Shown one piece after another: positions 1-12,816 of a stretch of 64,000 nucleotides of DNA (positions are counted from its first letter, which is position 1; the number at the start of each line of letters is the position of its first letter). Source of the stretch: Octopus vulgaris (Eukaryota). Made by a program: the position numbers and the translations under genes. The DNA lies in contig OX597815.1 in assembly GCA_951406725.2 (NCBI GenBank), positions 156,860,001 through 156,924,000 on the forward strand, in the 5' to 3' direction. The notes beneath the pieces were generated by a model that was not told the DNA's origin, did not search any database, and saw only the letters and a program-made list of their open reading frames with translations.

Positions 1-307
1 GCCATGAAATTATTGCAAGTAACGTGTGTGAGTCTCTATGGAGTTGCTCAACCGGATAGATATAGCAACAGAATTACCCTCAATTCATGCTAAAGTATAT
101 ATGAATCAAAAATGAAAAGGTTAAAAATAGAACGCCTTGGAACATAGATTTCATTGATTGAGGCAGATCAATAAATACTTTCACACACACAAACAAATAC
201 GACGATCTTCTTTCATTTTCCGTCTACCAAATACACGGTGGGACTGAACCCAGAATCATGTGGTTGAGAGGCAAGCTTCATACCCTACAACCACGCCTTC
301 GCCTATG

Positions 308-339
<32 letters not shown>

Positions 340-342
340 CAT

Positions 343-694
<352 letters not shown>

Positions 695-719
695 TGATTT
701 GATTCAGTGATTGGTCGAA

Positions 720-970
720 GCTTATTTGCTGAAACGCTAGGTTACAGATATATAAACAAACCGACAGTGGTTGCCAAGCGTTGCAAGGAATAAGCAATAA
801 CATACACACACACACACAGGCACACACACACACATACTCAACACAGTTTCCATCTACCAAATTCACAAGTCATCGATCGGCTCGAGTCTATAGTAGGAAC
901 ACTTGCCCAAGGTGGCGCATAGTGAAACTGAATCCTAAGCCACGTGGTTGCAATATGAGCTTCTCAATAA
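720..970 (-). mobile_element. Degenerate copy of the abundant tRNA-derived SINE (family of 16545-16968)
   Basis: Reverse-complement similarity to parts of the 16.5-kb SINE (cagtttccatctaccaaattcac, acacttgcccaaggtggcgca). A similar deleted copy lies at ~181-305. Confidence 0.55.
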
Positions 971-1734
971 CACAGTCATGTCTTCTCTTTAATAAGTATT
1001 TTTGCTGTTTTGCTCTTCTTTCCAAGAGCCCGCAGCAAATGAACTAAATAGCAGTAAATTGCTGGAATTTTTTCAATCGTATGTACCTATTTCCAAATTT
1101 GTAGAATTGTGTTGAAAGTAGAAATCTCTATTATTAGGGTTTTATTCTCATCCTTGTACTCAAGTTTTTAAAACTAATTGCCAATTTAAACATCATTCAG
1201 TTTCACAACTTTCACAGCTCCAATGATTTATATTTTCTACTTTGTTCATCAAATGCACACGAACATACACATACGTATACAGACACACGCATTTGTATAT
1301 GCATATATAAATACACACACACACATACACACAAACACATATACCTATATGAACACCTACATATGCATGCACTCTTTTTCTCTCTCACACACAAACGCAC
1401 ACAAACACTTATGCACACGCACATGCCCACATGCACACAAACACTTATGCACACGCACACACACACACATGTATATTTGAATACCAATGTCTTGCAAGTT
1501 GTCATATTTTTCCGTTGCAAAACTTGTATGATTCCAAAGCAGACAGCGTGAAAATATCATTGGGGAATAACTGACAAGCAAATAATCAAATACTAATGGT
1601 CTATTGTATTGTGTTTCTAGCATCATGGCTATTACATCACATGACATTCTCAACATTTCGCAAACCAAGACTAGGTACATACATACATACATGCACACAT
1701 ACATATTTATTTATTTATTTAATTTATGCGCTCT

Positions 1735-2010
1735 TTTCAAGCCTAGTCAGGCCCGGTTTCCCGGTTTCTATGGCATGCGTTTCCCCCCACCACCACCACC
1801 ACCAGCTGGACGAGACGCCAGTCCATCGCAGCGTTACTCAAGAAACAGGAAAAAAAAGCGAGAGCAAGTTGGGCGAAATAGTACAACAGGGGTCACCGTC
1901 ACCCCCTGCTGAAGTCTCGTGGAGCTTTAGGCATTTTCGCTCAATAAACACACACAACGCCCGGTCTCGAAATCGAAACCGCGAGTCCGCTGCCCTAACC
2001 ACTGGGCCAC
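1735..2010 (-). mobile_element. tRNA-derived SINE (head type A, tail type X)
   Basis: The minus strand begins GTGGCCCAGTGGTTAGGGCAGCGGACTCGCGGTTTCGATTTC (A box/B box-like). It has the same head as 17588 but a different 3' tail (CGATGGACTGGCGTCTCGTCCAGC...AGAAACCGGGAAACCGGG). Confidence 0.7.
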
Positions 2011-2019
2011 AAATATATG

Positions 2020-2061
<42 letters not shown>

Positions 2062-2128
2062 GTGCATCAGCATGGCCGCAGCTCTGAACTGAACCTAAAA
2101 AAAGAAAACATATACATACTTATCTATC

Positions 2129-2178
<50 letters not shown>

Positions 2179-2612
2179 TATGTTTTTCGTCTCTCTATGT
2201 GTTCGACGTCCTTTGGTGTCCTGTACACATATATGCGTGTATATGTACATGTAGAGGTAGGTACGTACATACATGTTTATATATATGCATATATTTTATT
2301 AACATATTATACGACTAAACGCACGCACCCTATTAAGTAAGATTGTTCTGTTTATCAAGTTCGCCTTGATATTAACTCTCACGCGATGCATCTTTCTTTC
2401 TTTCTCTCCCATTCCCTTTTCGTCCTTTTTCCCTCACTTAACTTGTCTCTTCCTCTCTCTCCCTCACTGTTCTATGGTCTCCTCGCACCATTCCCCTTTC
2501 GCGACTGAAGAAGGGGATTTTTCGTTGTGCTTATTGTCCTGTATCTCCTTTTTTTGCTTGTCTTGTTCCTTGGTTTGTGTCACGTATCTATCTATCTATC
2601 TATCTATATATA

Positions 2613-2660
<48 letters not shown>

Positions 2661-2832
2661 CTCTAATTGTGGGACATTCCCTTCCTGTGCACTGAAATGA
2701 AAATCACAAAGATTTTGCTTCCCGCAGTGCTGTTCCCTCCGGCCATATCGAGTAGTATTGAATCTACTGTGAAAAGTCCAAACTCTTTTTCCTTAGACTC
2801 TAGCAGGCTTTTCTTGCTTCTCAGTTGTCTGT

Positions 2833-3062
2833 TTCTTTAAAACCCACAAGGGGTTAAACATAGAGGGGACAAACAAAGACAGACAAACGGATGAAGTCGA
2901 TTACATCGTCTCCAATGCGTAACTGGTACTTAATTTATCGACCCCGAAAGGATGAGAGGCAAAGTCGACCTCGGAGGAATTTGAACTCTGAACGTAACGG
3001 CAGACGAAATAAGGCTACGCATTTCGCCCGGCATGTTAAGGTTTCTGCCAGCCCGCCACCTT
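2833..3062 (-). mobile_element. Nin/Deu-domain-type tRNA-derived SINE
   Basis: Minus strand reads GGTGGCGGGCTGGCAGAA...GAGTTCAAATTCC-GAGGTCGACTTTGCCTCTCATCCTTTCGGGGTCGATAAATTAAGTACCAG, which resembles the Nin/Deu SINE core. Many further copies occur in the window. Confidence 0.7.
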
Positions 3063-4884
3063 CTGCTTCTTCAGTTATCGTAGAAGTTATCACAATTCAC
3101 TGGGTAGTGTATATGCAGTACATGCACGAAACAAAGATTAGAAACATATCTCAACTTACGTGGTTTTGTTAAAACATTACTGAAAAACCAGAACTCAGCT
3201 TCTGTTAATTTACATCGGTCTCACCGAACATATTAAAAAGTATGTAAATATTTAAAACACGTAAACACCCTCAAGTGGAAAATCATATGGAATACTTTGG
3301 AAAATAAGTATAAATCATTTATTGAAACTGTTATGAAATAATAAATAGCTTTTTAATGTTTTTTATGTCATATCATTCTTAGAGTTAAGTTGCATGGAAC
3401 TAAAGGACGTAGTTGATAATATAGTTGAAAGTGCAATATGTGTAAAATAACACGTGATCGTCATGGTTAGAATTTATATTTTAATTACGCGTCTTCCTGA
3501 CCATGGCTAAGCTGAGTACGAATATCTACCTATCTGTATTTACTTTGTTCTTTTACGAAATCAAAAGATTTGAGATTTCATTTGTGCATTGAAAATCCTT
3601 TTGCCAACAAGAATTAGTGGTGCTGGTGGATCTCCGTTGTTCGACAAAGAGAATTCAGTTGTTCAATAAACTGAATTATCTATTCCTGAGTGAACGTATA
3701 TGAAGCTGAAAATTCCACAAGCACGTATACTCTTAACGTAATTCCTAGGCAGAATCAATGTGACACAGTTTCCAGCGACACAATTTCACTCACAAAGATA
3801 TAAGCCAATGTGGAGCTGTAGAAAACAGATAATTGCCTAGGGTGCTTCATTGGCATCAAATATGGAACCTTGTCGATTTACTAAGCATTCGACTATACAG
3901 CGCCTAACAAGTACTTGTTAGAGGCTTCTTGTTCTATCTTCATAAGATCTTATTTTGGAACCATAAGTAGGACGTGAAATCATAAGACGTCATCACTAGG
4001 AATGTACCTTTAAGCAATGTAAACTTTTCGGTAACGAAACTGCCTGAAACGTATATGATATCGTGCTAATTTATTGCAGCTGCACTCAGTGCCACACACA
4101 CACACACACACACACATTTGATGACAACAACGAATACAATGAAGATGACGATGGCGACGACGATGATGAGGAGGAGGGGAGGAGGAGGATCGCGGTAGTG
4201 GAAGGGGATGCGGTGGATGCGGTGGAAAATGTTCCCTTTCGATGACGGCAAATGGTTGCTTAATAAAGGGTATAATTCGATTCATAAAAGCTAATAGTAA
4301 CTATATAGAGAATAGAATTGATTAAATTTTGTTGAAATACCTCATAATCGAAAGAAGTTGCATAAAACTAATACAACTAATGAAAACAAATTTGAAATTT
4401 AGTTAAATGATAGTAACTGACAGACTCTCGTCTGAGCCAGGAAAGACGTCTTTCTCTCTCACCTCCCCAATGAGGATACAGATATTAAATTTTCCTCGTT
4501 CCTGTGGGGGTAAATGTTTTGCTCTTTCTTCAGCACAACATCCAAGCCATTTGCTGTCCACGAACACATAGCTTTAATACCTACAAGTTTAGCGGTGAAA
4601 CACAGTTGGATAGACCAATTTCCATATTTAAGCAATGTGTTTGTGTATAGTTAACGGGTTGAATGTGATCTTGATGAGAACACAATAACTCTTGAAATAT
4701 GCATATATACACACCCATTACCTGTTTTTATATCTTCAGTCGTAATTTTTTCATAGATGTATTCGTGTAGGAAACGTCGTAAGTTATCTATAGAGATGAA
4801 ATTAATAGTTCAATAGTTCAGCATAGGTGTTCTCTTTTTCACTGGTCTTCAGCTTTATGCTAGCATCCATTGGGCAACTAATTT

Positions 4885-5084
<200 letters not shown>

Positions 5085-5569
5085 AAACAGAACTTCGAAA
5101 ATTTAGAGAACTCGCAGGATTGTGTATTTCGGGAATTTCATATCATCTGGATTTTCGTTAATAAAGTAGTGATAGACAGGTCAATTTCCATAATTATTTT
5201 CATCGATGCCTCATCAGGTCTTATCTATCAAAATGAGGAATTTAAAAATTCAATAAATCAATACTTGACAAAAGTGTAAACACAGTTTTCATTATCAAGA
5301 AAGGGGCAAGAAATGTCGTTTGAATTCCTGTTTTAAAATGAACATCGGGAAAGAAAAATAGATTAAACAAGTGAGAGCAGCAGTCATTTTATACATATTG
5401 ATTATTTTAACTTAATAACGAAACACTTTCGTATAAAGTACGAATTACAAAATAACAAATAAATATTTATTTATTCATTTCTGTATCATGTGCTGTACAG
5501 TTTGTAGATTGAAAACCTGTAGCTTTTACTGCATCTACTGCGCCCTTTTACGCTTGTATTGATTTTTTT

Positions 5570-6050
5570 TCTACAACAAGGTAGTATACCTTCGTATATT
5601 TCCATGTTTATGACTTTCCTGTGTCATAAGATTGTTCTGAACTAGGTGTTCATGCATGATGTCTTGGAAAGGGAAGCTGTTGTTCGCTTCCACCTCTTTC
5701 ATAAACAATACAATGCAATTTGATGCAGTAGGCAAAGACATCAACTTTGTCACCTTCTTCACCAGATTTTTTTAAATAATTTTCTTCTATCTTCTGAGAA
5801 GACAGAGAATTGATATGTTGTGTGATTACTTGGCGAGTTGTATCCACGCGTCTATGTTAGCAATATTAAGTTTATATAGGAGGTTGACTTCAAGAGATAA
5901 TTTGACACTCAATCTGTTCTTGCAATTTGTACACCCTCTACTTTTCATGGAATCCTTTAAAAAGTCCTTGTCTTTATCGCACTCGATAGCTACAAAATCA
6001 CTTACTCCGTAACTTTTGCTACGCTCATAAAAATACTTTGACGGCACTCA
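5570..6050 (-). mobile_element. Decayed Penelope-like element RT fragment
   Basis: Minus-strand peptide LFMKEVEANNSFPFQDI resembles the PLE RT motif FTxExExNNxLPFLDI. Frameshifted. Confidence 0.5.
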
Positions 6051-7390
6051 TTGCAATCACGAGTGAAAATATTGGATATCTGAAGGTAAATGAGTTTAGA
6101 ATTCTCAAAGCTTAACTTCCCTACACATTATATTTCTAATAAAATCATTTTGTGGTACCATTCAAAGTTTCCCGTGACTTCTTTATCCTTGACTGAATCA
6201 GTGATATTACAGTTTGTGGTAAGGAGCACGCATGAATACTTTCCACATCAGACGCTAATTTTGATTTTTGCAGGATTTACAGTAGTCGAGAGATAGTAAA
6301 AACTCTATATTTTCCTAAAGTTGTGATGAACTGATGGACTGGAACTATGAACGAACCAATCGCAAAATATACTTCTGCTTTCCAAGCTTTATTACTGCTT
6401 AAATTACAGATAAGTACACAATTCTATGAGCAGTTTATGGGCACCGAAATTTGTCTCAAACCAAAAGCTTAATTTTAAGCTAATCAAAATCATTAGTGCA
6501 GGTAAGAATGATTGATCTTTAGTTAACATTGCATAATCTCATTCTTGGTTTCTGTTCTAAATTCTTGTAAGACAACACTTTCCCTAAGCTCTTATTTTCA
6601 CCAAAATTATAACTTTGATCTCCTGTGAGAACATACCTAGTTAGACTTTTCTTCAGTTATCGCCTATATTTTGTTGCTACATGTGTATCAACTGTGTTTC
6701 CCCCAGTAATATCTGTCAAATACCATGAAAAATTTTGAAATACTTGAGCTGCCTATCGGTAAATGTGCACGCAGATTCAGCGTTCACAAGCCCCTTAAAT
6801 ACTTTACAAGAGTCGGCACAGAAACTACACTATGTTCTAATGATTTAAAGTATATCATGCAACACGTTATCGGATTATTCTATTTCTGAGCGATAAATGA
6901 TTTTTTTTCCGGCAACTTTTCCCCAAGCTCAGATGAAGCTGTAAATTCTAGAATTTACAGTTTTCATTTGTTTTATATATCATAAATTGTAGCCTTTCTT
7001 ATGTAAAATTTAGGACACTACGTTCTAGTTTCATTTGTATTTCAAGTGCATCAACTCAATTTCAAAATGTTATTTCCCTTCACATAACGAATCTTATCTA
7101 CTTTAGAAGCCATTATTTATGGGCGTGTAAATACAAATGCAAGATATGGTTACGCGGCCACATTTTGTACATTTTACAATGACATCTGCTTGATTTCCGG
7201 TTGCCGCTGTTCGATTGTGGCGCTCATGCATGCACACTCAAAAGCTTGCTAAATTGATACAGAACTGCTAAGTTCCGGGATTATAAACACCCTAATGCCG
7301 ATTGTCAAGTGTGTGTAGGACACACACACACACACATATATATGTATGCATGTATATAAATATCTTAAAGTATTATTACCATTATTAAAT

Positions 7391-7468
7391 AGAAGAAGAA
7401 GAAGAAGAAGAAGAAGAAGAAGAAGAAGAAGAAGAAGAAGAAGAAGAAGAAGAAGAAGAAGAAGAAGA
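7391..7468. repeat. (AGA)n microsatellite
   Basis: Directly visible. Confidence 0.95.
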
Positions 7469-7476
7469 GGCAAAAT

Positions 7477-7648
7477 ATATACAAATAAATAAGGGTACTG
7501 AAATACCAACGTGCTAGAAATAGGAGTCGACATTCCTAAGCCACAAATCTCTCGCCACAAGTAAACACGTGCGGCTTATGCAGCGAAAAACAGACCCTAC
7601 CCTATTTCTAGCAAGCTGGTATTTCGGTACCCTTATTTATTTGTATAT
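7477..7648. mobile_element. MITE, ~172 bp, with ~48-bp terminal inverted repeats
   Basis: ATATACAAATAAATAAGGGTACTGAAATACCAACGTGCTAGAAATAGG matches the reverse complement of 7601-7648 with 3 mismatches. Both ends are TA-rich, so a TA TSD is possible. Confidence 0.8.
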
Positions 7649-7899
7649 CATTATTTCATTTTATGACAACCTCCAAATTCTGTTTTCTGACTGAGAAAAA
7701 ATTATCAAAATTTAAACCTCTGTAACTTGATTTAAAACGTTTCTGAAACAAGTACGTTAGGCCCTGAGATTCACACTGAATCTCAGGGTCTAATGTACTT
7801 ACATCAAAACACCCAGTTTGACAATTTTTACTTAATCTTAAAATTTCAAGAAATGCATCCAAACAGAAATGGTCCCAATACTAAAAATAAGAAGGCTGT

Positions 7900-9050
7900 T
7901 GGCTATTTAAGTAGCTTATAATTCTGAGAAAAAATGGACTTTTTGAATTGTTTTGGTATTTCTGCCTGTCCTCGCAGAGGTAGTGAGAGGAAAAGGGTTT
8001 TGGAATGTACATTTGCAAAAAAAAAATGTAGATGGCGACTTTGGAGAAGCAGAGGCAAATGTAGCGATACAAGAAACCCTCTAGCAGGTAGTGTTTGAAG
8101 ACTGTTAGAACATCAACTATAAATCAACGTGCTACTTACTGAAATATTTACCTCCCATTTTTTCAGCGTTTCTCCTGGCACAGTCAATCGCTGGTGAGGA
8201 GATGCATCACTGCTGTCTCTAACGGTCGAGTGTCAATAATTGACAAACCCAACAAGTTCGAAATCACATTATCTTGTGGTCTCGGTGCTGGAGGTAGCGG
8301 GGATTTATCTCCCTGCTAGCGATATAAAAGAAGAGTGCATTTTCCACAGAAAAAAGCCAATGTGAGAATTTCTTTCATGGTAAATACCGCAGTAAAGTTT
8401 GTTCTAATAAAGCATCCACGTTTAAGTGGGGATAAATATTACCTTACGACTACTGCTCTATGACTTATAATTTCATCCAGTGGCAGGGCCTTGTTCTGGG
8501 AATTTCGAGATTTTGAGGAATATGGAACCACGTCTTAGATACTTTTGTTTCCAAGTCACCTGTGACTCCGAGTAATAGCGCCTTTAGAGTAATAGCTACG
8601 GCTTAATTAGCATGTCACAGAATTTCCATTGGAACAAGGTTACCCACAGATACCACAACAGACCCAGGGCAGACGCAGCCCTTCTGCCCTTTAATTGCTT
8701 ATCTAAGATAATGTAATTGCATATAAATCCTCCGTCCTGATTACTATCGGGATCGTGATAATTGCTGCACCAAACTAATACAAGTCTAAAGGACGAAAGA
8801 GTGGGATCTGATCTGCACAAACCATGCCCATTCCAATAATAAACTGCTGCTATATTGTGAGGTAATTTACTAAGTGCTTAATAAAGGATAAAGGTGTAAA
8901 CCCCTAGAGAAAATCCGGTGGAATGGACCCAAAGGCAGATGTGTACGGTTATACGTAACTAATATCTGGCAAGCCATGTGGCTCAATTGATGCTGCGAAC
9001 GCATTGATTTGCCTTTCTTTCGAATTCATAGGTACAGAGATGGTAAGTAT
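7900..9050 (-). mobile_element. Highly decayed piggyBac-like transposase remnant
   Basis: Minus-strand peptides FTPLSFIKHLVNY, ALPLDEII...VRxYL and YRYICLCFSKVAI occur in the expected order for piggyBac (IVxxTN, SIDE...RQY, C-terminal Cys-rich domain). Many stops. Confidence 0.35.
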
Positions 9051-10088
9051 ATTTTAGACGAGGATCTTACTTCTGAAAACATCCCAACAACAGCAAAGGC
9101 AGTTAAGTTATCGTTTCTGCAGCATCGTCAACCGAAACGTAAAAGGCCAAGAAAGTAGGACTAAAGCATCGCATTCGACTTTTAGCAGTCGATAAAAAAC
9201 TGGTAAGGAAGGATGCAGTGACTTGTCTATAGTATAACCCTGTGTCAGTAAAAGGAATATATTTATACAGATATACATACATACATATATAATACACACA
9301 AACACACAAATATTTCTTCGGTGCACACATACACTGATATGTAAGCTATAGGATAATCCAATCTGCATATCCATCCTAAAAGAATTAGGAAACTATAATC
9401 GCCTTCCATAAATATTTTGAAGAAGCCAAATATTTTTCTTTCTTTCCCATTTATATTTTCCGAATAATGGATCGCTTAAGTAGCCGCCATCTTCCTGAAA
9501 ATGACGGAGATTATTTTATTCGTCCCTCACCCATAATCGATCCATCAATAAGAATATAAATAAAAATCAATCAACCGTCAGTAAATGGTGAAAACGATTA
9601 CATTCTCATTCTATAAACAAAATCGATCTTTACAGACCCATTAAACGCAAAAAATCACGAAATTTCTGATGAACACGAATGCCTTGCTGCTGGTAGAGAG
9701 AAAAAAAACAAGTGATTTTCTCTGATATTTTTAACATTAGCTGGTTAAGTTTGCTTAAATCCACCAGCTTTTTCCTCGTTATTTCAACAGTGCCATACAT
9801 CGCAATGATTTCAATATAATATATGCTCAAAGCCTTTTTAGATGCCATGAATAGGAGATCCATAAAAATAATCCGTGCATCGCCGTGCCGATATATTTAT
9901 GTAGAATATTTATGGAAAAAATAAACACACACACATACACATACACACACACGGTCATACACGTATCTTCATATAAATACATACTTCTACATTGAGATAT
10001 ACGTTTTTTTTATAAACATATGTATATACTTACACACACACACACACACATACATACATATATATATATGTATGTGTGTATGTTTTTG

Positions 10089-10120
<32 letters not shown>

Positions 10121-10171
10121 CATATATATACACGTGTATGTATGTAAGTATATATATATATATATATATAT

Positions 10172-10222
<51 letters not shown>

Positions 10223-10505
10223 TATAGATAGATAGATAGATAGATAGACAGATACATACATATATACACGTGTATTTGGCAATAATAATAATAATAATAA
10301 TAAATAAAATGACGATCTCGAAATACAACAATATATATACATGTATGTGTATTTATATTCATGTACACACACATGTATACATTCATACATACATCAATAA
10401 ATAAATATATACATATACACATATATATATACACATATACATATATATATATATATATATATACATACATACATACATACATACATACATACATACATAC
10501 ATACA

Positions 10506-10541
<36 letters not shown>

Positions 10542-10976
10542 GTGTGTTATTTACATTTCGTGTCCCTCCGTAGGAGATGATCAAATCACAAATAGAAAGT
10601 GAGTCAGTTGAGGAGGGCTAGTATGGGAATGATGATGAATGTCTCATGGTCAATCTGACCCAAAAACATCGCTTCCCGCTATCTATTTCCCTCCCATTCT
10701 CAGTGTTCCATTCATTCTAAGGCACGCGTAAATACATGTAAACACACAGACATACTTGTATATGAGTGTGTGTGTGTGTTTCTGTGTTGTGCAGTACAGA
10801 GTAATGTAAGCGTGTATGTGCGTGCTGATGTACATATGTATGTATTTGCAAATTCGCAATCAAAATTAGAAATATATTTCTGTTCGTAGCCAAAAAGACA
10901 CTGTCTGTATAAGATCATTTAAGTCACAGGCTCTCCGCATCTCTCTTTCTTTCTCTCTTTATCTCTCTTTCTCTCT

Positions 10977-11028
<52 letters not shown>

Positions 11029-11187
11029 CGGTCGTGTTATTCTTTGCTCCGCAGTGAAAGATTGTTTTTGTGCTGAAAAGTTTGAAAATTTGCTGTTTTG
11101 GTTGTCGAGGCCACTTCTTTTCTGCTATTGCAGCAGAGTTCTGCTGTTTTTCCCCCTTGTTTCAAGGGGGAAGTGACGAAAAAGACA

Positions 11188-12797
11188 TGAATTTGCAACC
11201 AGTCTCCTCCGAGTCGGAGGAAAACGTTGAAAATTTGTTTGAAGGCATGAAGGAGAAAATGCGGGAGGAGGAAGGTAGAAGTAAAGAGACGTCTCACGCG
11301 AGCGTCACAAAAGCAGACGACAATATGTCTGGCGAAGCTAGTAAACGACAAGAAAAGGCAAAAATAAATTTTGCGAGTGCAGCAACTCGCCCCTGTGAAA
11401 ACATCGTTATTAACAAAGAAGGATTAAAGAAGTACCAAAGTTTATTAAAAAAAGAAGGTGATAATGTGAAGTTGTTCCCTCCCAGTGAATTAATTTACGC
11501 GACGGAGAGAAAAACTGTAATTTACAAGACTTATAATGTCAAAAATAAGAAAATTGACTTCGTACAGAGAGAAGCCATTGAAAAATGTTTGAGGCCGATA
11601 TGGCAACAAACAAGTTATATAACAAGGGGTAGTCGCTTCGGCACGGTAGAGGTGCGTTTCCCTAGCGAAGAAATAGCTAGGGAACATTCAACAAGAACGT
11701 TGAAGTCGGAAGAGGTAGTTCTTTTACCATTTTATTTAGGAATGAGAACTAGTAGAATAACGGTTACGGACATTCCGCCCGAAATAGATAAGGACTTCAT
11801 AACAGCAGCGATTCTCTTAGGCAAAGAGGAAGAAATTGCCATTCTTCAGTCTAAAAGATATCGCCCCACAACCTGGTATGGACAGGACTTAGAGCTTGTG
11901 ATCCAAGCGAACCCCTCGGACTTGGAAAAATTGCCAAGCACCCTCACCATTGGAGATACCACCTTGATGGTAATAGTCGAGGGAAGAAAACCGAGATGCT
12001 ATAAATGTGGCGAGAAAGGCCACATACGGTCGAGCTGCAAGAAGACAGCGAAAGAAAATACTACAGAGGCAAGCACGACGCCGAAAACAACTTCACAGCT
12101 AGAAATAGCAGCCACGTCGCGCACCCCAATTGCCGAAATTCAGCCGACAACGGGAGAAAACAACGACAACAACGGTGACAACAACATCAACAACATCCAG
12201 GAGTGGGTCAACGTGGAAGCTTCAAAAGAAGACGGAAACGGAAAAATCCACCCTCTTCGGATACACAGGACTATACTCTGACACAGACAAGCACACCCAC
12301 ACCCACAAATACAGTCGCAAACACACACGTAGCCAAAAAAACACACACACTGGAAAAAGCACACACAACACTCACACACCTACCACAAGCACGCACACAC
12401 CTACAAACACCCACGCTTCTACAAGCACACACACACCCACAAACACACACACACACACCCCTCCACAATCACCTAAAAAAAAAGAAACACCTTCACGGCG
12501 ATAAATAAAAACAATAACCCATTAAGGGAAAAAATTAATTTACTGAAATCGGCGAAAAAATATATCGCAACAGATATAAATAGTATTATATCCGAAAATG
12601 TAGAATTTTATACGATAGATAACGAGGATTATTTTGAAATTAAAAAATCTTTTGCGGAGGACGTAGGCCCGTTACAGATGAACTTTTCAAGCCATCTGTA
12701 CAAGCAATTCGCAAAAAAACTGACCTCGCAAAACACAACACTCACAGACAGAAAAGATGAGGGTGAAACTACACCCTCTCTTCTGTTAAAACAGTAA
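11188..12797 (+). CDS. Tx1 ORF1 (gag-like, zinc knuckle), broken by three apparent 1-nt deletions in the Thr/Pro/His-rich linker
   Basis: First ATG at 11188 (MNLQPV). CYKCGEKGHIRSSC is a CX2CX4HX4C knuckle. The reading continues through frames 12203.. (SFKRRRKRKNPP) and 12130.. (TPPQSPKKK), then returns to the original frame (INKNNNPLREKINLLK...SLLLKQ*) with TAA at 12795-12797. Confidence 0.8.
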
Positions 12798-12816
12798 GTT
12801 TTAAACATTCAACTAA

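Noticed and set aside
11070-11187. ORF1 start at the GTG at 11070
   Set aside because: Non-AUG start in probable 5' UTR. The first ATG is at 11188.
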